The notes beneath the pieces were generated by a model. The model searched no databases. It saw only the letters and a program-made list of their open reading frames with translations, and was not told the DNA's origin. Positions 56,248-64,000 of a stretch of DNA of 64,000 nt are shown here, in pieces (position 1 is the stretch's first letter; the number at the start of each line of letters is the position of its first letter). The position numbers were made by a program, and so were the translations under genes. Origin of the DNA: the human T2T-CHM13v2.0 reference genome, Homo sapiens. The DNA lies in assembly GCF_009914755.1 (NCBI RefSeq), contig NC_060930.1. One strand, given 5' to 3'.

Positions 56248-58481
56248 CTGGAAATTCCAAAACGATACACGTCACAAGAGGTGGGACAACATGCAGGGGC
56301 ACCCCACACTCTCTCCTTTGTGCTGCAACAAGGTCATTACCGGTGCCTTTCTAATATTCCCATTAAAAGTACCATATGATTGCCACCAGCAAAAATGGCT
56401 CTCGATCACTAATCGTCTCTGCACATCTCTCATACTTAATAGATTATTACTATTTTTTTTAAATAAAAAATCTAAAGTAGCAAACGCTTCTTAGAAACAC
56501 TGAGATAACACACACACGTGGCCGAAAAACGATCAGAGTATTCTCCTTCTGCCTTCTGCCCAATCCATCTCTCTGGAATAACTGGTATGGGTTTTGACGT
56601 CTGTATTGTGGGATTGTGTATTCACATGCAAATGCATCTGTATCTGTCTAGTCTCCGTATCTCTCTCGGTAGGACTTCATATTCTAATGTGGGAGTTGCA
56701 ACGAACATGTAGTTCTTCAGAAAACGCACGTCATCCAGGAGGATAGCCGTTCCAGGTCAACCCTCACACTCTATGTACTCAATACGTAGTGAAAAGGCTC
56801 TACCTTTCCCACAGAAAAGCATTGTGCAAATAGTATTACTGTCTGTCAGGTTTAGTAGGTTTGTTTCTCCAAGACTTCTCAAAGCTGCCCTGGAAAACTT
56901 GCTCCCAGGCAGGATGCAGTATCTCTAGAAGGGGTTCCTAGGCAGGTCCTTCTCTCCTGCTCTCAGTCTACCCTCTGCTGGCCGCAGCTACTCCGGGACT
57001 GAGGGAAAGGGGGATGCGTTGAAAGAACAGTGGGACCCATGGCATAAAGGAAGACGGCAGGGTGGACTAAGAGATCTGAAGAGGTCGGACAGCTACGGAG
57101 CAGCAGAGAAAAATGCATTAGGGGGCAAAGCAGGCGAGTAGTTTGGGCTGCGGGGATCTTGAAGCATTCGCTCTTCCTTATGCCTCCCAAGAACGTTGCT
57201 CCAACCTCCCAGTATCCTCACATTCATGACCTCTGGCTGCCTGAGAAAATGGGAAATGTATTATGGGCCATGGGGTTCCAACACTGTCTCTCTAGAGACT
57301 CTAGACTTGTGGCCTAGTCTCAACCCCAGACCCTCCATTCCAGGAAGCTGGTTCAATGAGCAACTGGATGTATAAGAGCCTGAGCTCTTGAAAGACTTCT
57401 AGTTCTTCCTTGGCTTCCCTCTTTTGAATGCATGGACTATTCTTATTATACCAAAAACCTCAGAGTTCAAACCTTTGTGATTGCTCTAGGATTTGCAATA
57501 TCCCTTCGAACCCGCACAGTACCCTTTTATTAATATGACACACCATCGTGCATGAGGTAAAGAAACTTACAACGGTACACTTCGAATTAATCCCTTCGTG
57601 ATTTATGCTACCATTTCAAATTCTTACCTCTACATATGCTGAAGTTAAATATCTTGCTATCATTTTGTTTCAAGTAGTCAACTCTCATTTACAAAGATAT
57701 AGAAATTTGATCAAGAAAATATTTTGCATTTACATCTATCTACATTTGCCAATTGCTGGATTCTTCATTACGTGGGCTGCAGAAAGTTCCTTTCTTGTTC
57801 AATTCTTCTTCTACCTAATTCCTTCGGGTCACCTCTCTTGTTACATAAGCCTGCTGATTTCCAATTCTTACAGTTTCCGGTTTCTTTCTTTGGGGCAGTG
57901 CACAATATGCATTTATCCGACATGGATGATCTTCAAGGCATTTTATTGCTGGATTCAGCATTCCCGGTTGATCTCTTTTTGTTCCTGATTATCATTTTAA
58001 CAATATTCCCTGGTATCTGGCTTCCAGTGTTTCTGAGGTGAACACATTGGCAATTTGTATCAGTGTACTTGTAGGAAGACACAGCTCTTTTTCCTCCAGT
58101 TTCTCGTGACAGGTTTCTTCTTATTATATCTTTGCCTTGTTACCTTCGAACTGTGATGTACAAAAGTACATCATACAGGTTGGGTTTTTTTTCCGAAATT
58201 CCCTATGTGATCCCTTGAGTTTCACGATTCTGTGATTTTTTTTAATGTTCTTCGTAATTGAAAAGTTATCAGCCATCCTTGATTCCGGTATTTGTTTCTA
58301 TTCCAAACTCCCTTGCTCTTTACTGTGACTTGCTTCCCACATGCAGGAAATCTTTTCATATTTTCCTACATGTCTGTGAGGCTCGCTTAATTTTATATTT
58401 CACTGTTTCTTCAGGGGTGCGCGTGTCTGTGTGTGTTAGAACTTGTGAGTTTCTGCGTGTGTGTGAGTATGGGTGTGTTTT

Positions 58482-58517
<36 letters not shown>

Positions 58518-60244
58518 CTCATTCTGTAGGTTCTCTAGAATTGTGTGTTGGGTAATGTTTTCCTCTGAAACGTCTAAATTGATCAGCCGGCCATACAGTA
58601 ATTTTTTTCAATTAAGACATACTTTTTTTATACTAGCTCTTTAATTTAATTTGGCTATTCTGTACTGTTAATTTCTCTTGATATGATATCTGCTTTCTTG
58701 CATGTTGTTTTTTTAAATATTTGAAATCAGTTATCATACTGATATGTCAAATTTTCACGCAATTCTAATCATTTCTCTCATTCCTGAGCCTGTTTGTATT
58801 ACCCGATTTATTTCCTGGTCATGGGTCACACGAAACGCTTTTCTACATGTAGTCAGATTTTAAATTTAGGACTCACTCTGCGGATACCGCATAGCTGAGG
58901 CAATCGACTTTGTTGTTTACTTCTAAAGAGAGTTGAGATTTCCTCTCACAGGCACTTCATTGATTGGAAACCGATTTGATGCTTGGACACTTGCTTTCCA
59001 GCTGTGCAAGGGGTTGTCTGCAGCTGACTTTATTCTAGTAATATACTAAGTGTACCTTTAAATTACGGCTGTTCTGGGGTCTCCACTGAATTGGCAATGT
59101 GCTCCGTGAGGACTCTCTGGTCTAGCTGGGAAGAACTCCAGTATCCCAGAGTGCTATGTGATCTCTCTCTTCTTTATTGAGCTTCCTGTGCTCTTGTACT
59201 TGCTGTTTCTCAGTAAATGTTCTTTGCCACACTTTCTCGTGGAACCATTTCCTGTGCACAGGCAGCGTCATGTCAGGCCAACGACTGGAGGAGACTTCTA
59301 TGCGTATTTGTAGAGCTCTTTTCCTCCACAAACCAGTTCTTATTTCTAGCAGACCTAGAAAAATTTCAGCTACCACAGTCATCCCAAACTCCAATCCCTC
59401 TCCTCCATTCAGCAAGATGGCTACAGTCTGCTTGGGCTCCATCTCCTTGCTATTCAGTGCAGGAAGGGTATCCAGGAAGAAAGCCAAGGCATCTGCGGAG
59501 TGGAGCCCATCATTGCCCCTCTCTCAATTCTCTAGGTCCTCTACCATCTGTTGTCCCACATGTAGAAACCATTTTTCCATGTCTCTGGTAGTCGCTTGTG
59601 GCCAAAATATTGGCCATTGGGTGGTCAGACCCGGGCTTCTCTCCATCCACCCATCCCTTTTACTTTTCAGCATCCCTCTCTGTGCTGACTCTCATCTGCC
59701 TTCCTTCCTTGGATCTTCTCTTGCTGGGAACCTGTATCCCTTCAGGCCACTGGTACTTAGGAACGAGTGTTTTTCTGACAATCGGAATATACGTAGATAT
59801 AGAAACAGATCAATTCACCTGTCCATAAATAAGCACCTATTCTTTCCTCTTGAACCCAGAGAGAAAAGGCAAACGCAACCTTCCCTTCAGGAAGTGGAAG
59901 CCAGAATAACGGAATTCCAACTGGAAAGTCTCCATTGACGTTTAGTTGGTGTTGTGGAAGGGTAATCTAAGTGTCTGGTCCTTTGTCATTCTGACTTTCT
60001 TCATAATGTGATCTCCTCACCTCCAGATTTCCCTTCTGCTCAATAGAACTAGGAGGAAGGAGAGGGAGCTTAACATTTCCCTTCTCTCAGACCCTTAGCT
60101 CCAAGGCAATCATCCTGAGACATTTTGCTACGCCATCTGCATCTGTCACAAGTTGAGTTCGGAGAACTCAGCTTGAGACACATCTCTTGTAACAGAAACT
60201 TCACTTGGCCCTTTCTTCTCTTATGGTAAAGAACAAAGACATAC

Positions 60245-60404
60245 GCATTTGGGTAGTATTCTGGGGTCCGACTATGCGAGTGTGGTGTCATAGATGACCA
60301 AGCTTGGCAGGTTCTTCCTGTGACAGTGGTGGAGTATGTGCCTCGATAACTCTGTCCATTACCATGGTAGCACTCCTGCACCCCAGGCCTTTGCTCAGTC
60401 GGTG
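60245..60404 (-). CDS. LPA: KIV-2 exon 1, unit 11, subtype A
   Basis: A/T/A haplotype. Confidence 0.96.
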
Positions 60405-61611
60405 CTGAAATGAAAACACGGGAAATCAAGCTGAGTATCTCTGAGCATAGAGAAACATGTGAAGCCATTTGTGACACAACCAGAAAGGAGTCTATGAGAA
60501 TTACGACCGTTCTCTTTTCCTTATCCATAGGCAGATGGATGTGAGAAAACCGACCAACAAACAAACACCAAAGCAACAGATTCCTCCCATTCTAGAACTG
60601 TAGTAAGTTCTTGGAAATATTTCACCTGACACCTTAGAGAAACACAACAGATCAGATTCCTCATTGGAAAGTGAGCTCACGAGGTAGCACCTTTCTAGGA
60701 AACTCTACTGAATCTTCATGCAAACGGCACCGCATTTGGCAATGCGGGCTGCAGGTGGTAATTGGCTGTCGGGGGCAGAGTTTGGGACAGACATGGAAAT
60801 TTTGCATGTTTCCCTAGACCGTTGATCATGAAAGCCAAGGCCTTTGGCTTCCGGGCCATGGGGCAGAAAACGGTCCTATGTATCTGACTGAAGACAAAGA
60901 CACTTTGCTTCTCAGGGATGTGTGCACGCCAAAAGCTTCTTCCCTTGGAGGAGAGAGGGAATCCTCTCATGCCCTGCATCCTGAATTGTAGTAAAGTAGG
61001 AGTCTACTACTCTTTCTCTCTAGACCCCTCACAGGTACAAGTGTCATCAGAAAGAGGTTTAAGAATACTGAGAAATCACTCCCTTCAAAGCCTAGGGCTG
61101 AAGAGCCTTAGAGCACTGGGAGCTCATGTACTGCTCCATAGACCCAGGGCCACATGGAATCAATGCAGCCCTCTTAGGTTTCTCGAGGGTGACAGGCTCC
61201 AGAGCCACATTTCTCAGAATCTGCAATGCTGAAGATTGCTCTGAATGCTGGCTACTTGAAGAAATCCCCGGAAAAGCTTACTGGCTTGGAAAGAGTGACA
61301 CACCTGACAGCATGTTACAATAAAAATTTTGGCTGGGACACTGAGGTAGCCCGTTTTACAACAAGGTGAATTTTGAAGTCGATCCCCCTGGAGGGTTTGT
61401 GCCCATCCTAAAGACAAAGCCCAACCACGTTGCACCAGAAATCACTCCGCTGGCTCCCCCAGAGAGTGCACGGAGGCTTCCTCCTACATGGTAGAACTCA
61501 GGCAACACTCGAGCATCCGTTTACCATTGAAGGCGGCTGCATCAGTGGGAATTTCCATGGCTTTTCATCCCAGCATCGAAGCGTGTAGATGTCTGGCCAC
61601 AGACTCCTTAC

Positions 61612-61793
61612 CTTGTTCGGAAGGAGCCTCTAGGCTTGGAACCGGGGTAACAGTCGGAGGCGCGACGGCAGTCCCTTCTGCGTCTGAGCATTGCGTCAGG
61701 TTGCAGTACTCCCACCTGACACCGGGATCCCTCGTATAACAATAAGGAGCTGCCACAGCATCTGGATTCCTGCAGTAGTTCATGATCAAGCCA
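61612..61793 (-). CDS. LPA: KIV-2 exon 2, unit 12 (its exon 1 lies beyond the window end)
   Basis: Same exon, AG/GT boundaries. The right-most copy could formally belong to KIV-1, whose exon 2 is reported to match KIV-2, but its intron matches the other units. Confidence 0.93.
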
Positions 61794-64000
61794 CTGGAAA
61801 TTCCAAAACGATACACGTCACAAGAGGTGGGACAACATGCAGGGGCACCCCACACTCTCTCCTTTGTGCTGCAACAAGGTCATTACCGGTGCCTTTCTAA
61901 TATTCCCATTAAAAGTACCATATGATTGCCACCAGCAAAAATGGCTCTCGATCACTAATCCTCTCTGCACATCTCTCATACTTAATAGATTATTACTATT
62001 TTTTTTAAATAAAAAATCTAAAGTAGCAAACGCTTCTTAGAAACACTGAGATAACACACACACGTGGCCGAAAAACGATCAGAGTATTCTCCTTCTGCCT
62101 TCTGCCCAATCCATCTCTCTGGAATAACTGGTATGGGTTTTGACGTCTGTATTGTGGGATTGTGTATTCACATGCAAATGCATCTGTATCTGTCTAGTCT
62201 CCGTATCTCTCTCGGTAGGACTTCATATTCTAATGTGGGAGTTGCAACGAACATGTAGTTCTTCAGAAAACGCACGTCATCCAGGAGGATAGCCGTTCCA
62301 GGTCAACCCTCACACTCTATGTACTCAATACGTAGTGAAAAGGCTCTACCTTTCCCACAGAAAAGCATTGTGCAAATAGTATTACTGTCTGTCAGGTTTA
62401 GTAGGTTTGTTTCTCCAAGACTTCTCAAAGCTGCCCTGGAAAACTTGCTCCCAGGCAGGATGCAGTATCTCTAGAAGGGGTTCCTAGGCAGGTCCTTCTC
62501 TCCTGCTCTCAGTCTACCCTCTGCTGGCCGCAGCTACTCCGGGACTGAGGGAAAGGGGGATGAGTTGAAAGAACAGTGGGACCCATGGCATAAAGGAAGA
62601 CGGCAGGGTGGACTAAGAGATCTGAAGAGGTCGGACAGCTACGGAGCAGCAGAGAAAAATGCATTAGGGGGCAAAGCAGGCGAGTAGTTTGGGCTGCGGG
62701 GATCTTGAAGCATTCGCTCTTCCTTATGCCTCCCAAGAACGTTGCTCCAACCTCCCAGTATCCTCACATTCATGACCTCTGGCTGCCTGAGAAAATGGGA
62801 AATGTATTATGGGCCATGGGGTTCCAACACTGTCTCTCTAGAGACTCTAGACTTGTGGCCTAGTCTCAACCCCAGACCCTCCATTCCAGGAAGCTGGTTC
62901 AATGAGCAACTGGATGTATAAGAGCCTGAGCTCTTGAAAGACTTCTAGTTCTTCCTTGGCTTCCCTCTTTTGAATGCATGGACTATTCTTATTATACCAA
63001 AAACCTCAGAGTTCAAACCTTTGTGATTGCTCTAGGATTTGCAATATCCCTTCGAACCCGCACAGTACCCTTTTATTAATATGACACACCATCGTGCATG
63101 AGGTAAAGAAACTTACAACGGTACACTTCGAATTAATCCCTTCGTGATTTATGCTACCATTTCAAATTCTTACCTCTACATATGCTGAAGTTAAATATCT
63201 TGCTATCATTTTGTTTCAAGTAGTCAACTCTCATTTACAAAGATATAGAAATTTGATCAAGAAAATATTTTGCATTTACATCTATCTACATTTGCCAATT
63301 GCTGGATTCTTCATTACGTGGGCTGCAGAAAGTTCCTTTCTTGTTCAATTCTTCTTCTACCTAATTCCTTCGGGTCACCTCTCTTGTTACATAAGCCTGC
63401 TGATTTCCAATTCTTACAGTTTCCGGTTTCTTTCTTTGGGGCAGTGCACAATATGCATTTATCCGACATGGATGACCTTCAAGGCATTTTATTGCTGGAT
63501 TCAGCATTCCCGGTTGATCTCTTTTTGTTCCTGATTATCATTTTAACAATATTCCCTGGTATCTGGCTTCCAGTGTTTCTGAGGTGAACACATTGGCAAT
63601 TTGTATCAGTGTACTTGTAGGAAGACACAGCTCTTTTTCCTCCAGTTTCTCGTGACAGGTTTCTTCTTATTATATCTTTGCCTTGTTACCTTCGAACTGT
63701 GATGTACAAAAGTACATCATACAGGTTGGGTTTTTTTTCCGAAATTCCCTATGTGATCCCTTGAGTTTCACGATTCTGTGATTTTTTTTAATGTTCTTCG
63801 TAATTGAAAAGTTATCAGCCATCCTTGATTCCGGTATTTGTTTCTATTCCAAACTCCCTTGCTCTTTACTGTGACTTGCTTCCCACATGCAGGAAATCTT
63901 TTCATATTTTCCTACATGTCTGTGAGGCTCGCTTAATTTTATATTTCACTGTTTCTTCAGGGGTGCGCGTGTCTGTGTGTGTTAGAACTTGTGAGTTTCT

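Larger units (their letters stand above)
1..64000 (-). repeat. LPA: LPA KIV-2 tandem array, ~11.5 near-identical units of 5544-5555 bp, running off both window ends
   Basis: The same ORF set recurs at 518, 6073, 11628, 17181, 22733, 28285, 33832, 39376, 44923, 50471, 56019 and 61565. The spliced exons give [114 protein letters not shown], the apo(a) KIV-2 kringle. Confidence 0.99.

Noticed and set aside
1-64000. CRISPR array, prophage or other novel prokaryotic repeat system
   Set aside because: The repeats are 5.5-kb spliceosomal exon-intron units of a known primate gene, with no short repeat-spacer structure or cas/mobile genes.
1-64000. Assembly artefact producing false tandem copies
   Set aside because: Units have distinct SNP, indel and STR signatures and KIV-2 copy-number variation is established, though the exact order cannot be verified here.

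Overview
The window lies entirely inside the kringle IV type 2 (KIV-2) tandem repeat of the human (or very closely related primate) LPA/apolipoprotein(a) gene, transcribed on the minus strand. It holds about 11.5 head-to-tail units of about 5.55 kb. Each unit has a 160-bp exon 1, a ~4.0-kb intron, a 182-bp exon 2 and a ~1.2-kb inter-unit intron, and encodes an identical 114-aa kringle plus linker. Units are numbered 1-12 from the left by exon 2. From the three synonymous exon-1 sites, the subtype order along + is C,B,B,A,A,B,A,A,A,A,A. B/C units carry a diverged short intron. That intron contains a polypyrimidine-CAG|GTAAGG motif, resembling a recursive or cryptic splice site, that is absent from A units. 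Intronic markers show mosaic exchange between copies. This is a well-known locus, and no prokaryote-type system (CRISPR, mobile cargo) is supported. The small ORFs in the track are mostly repeated noise.
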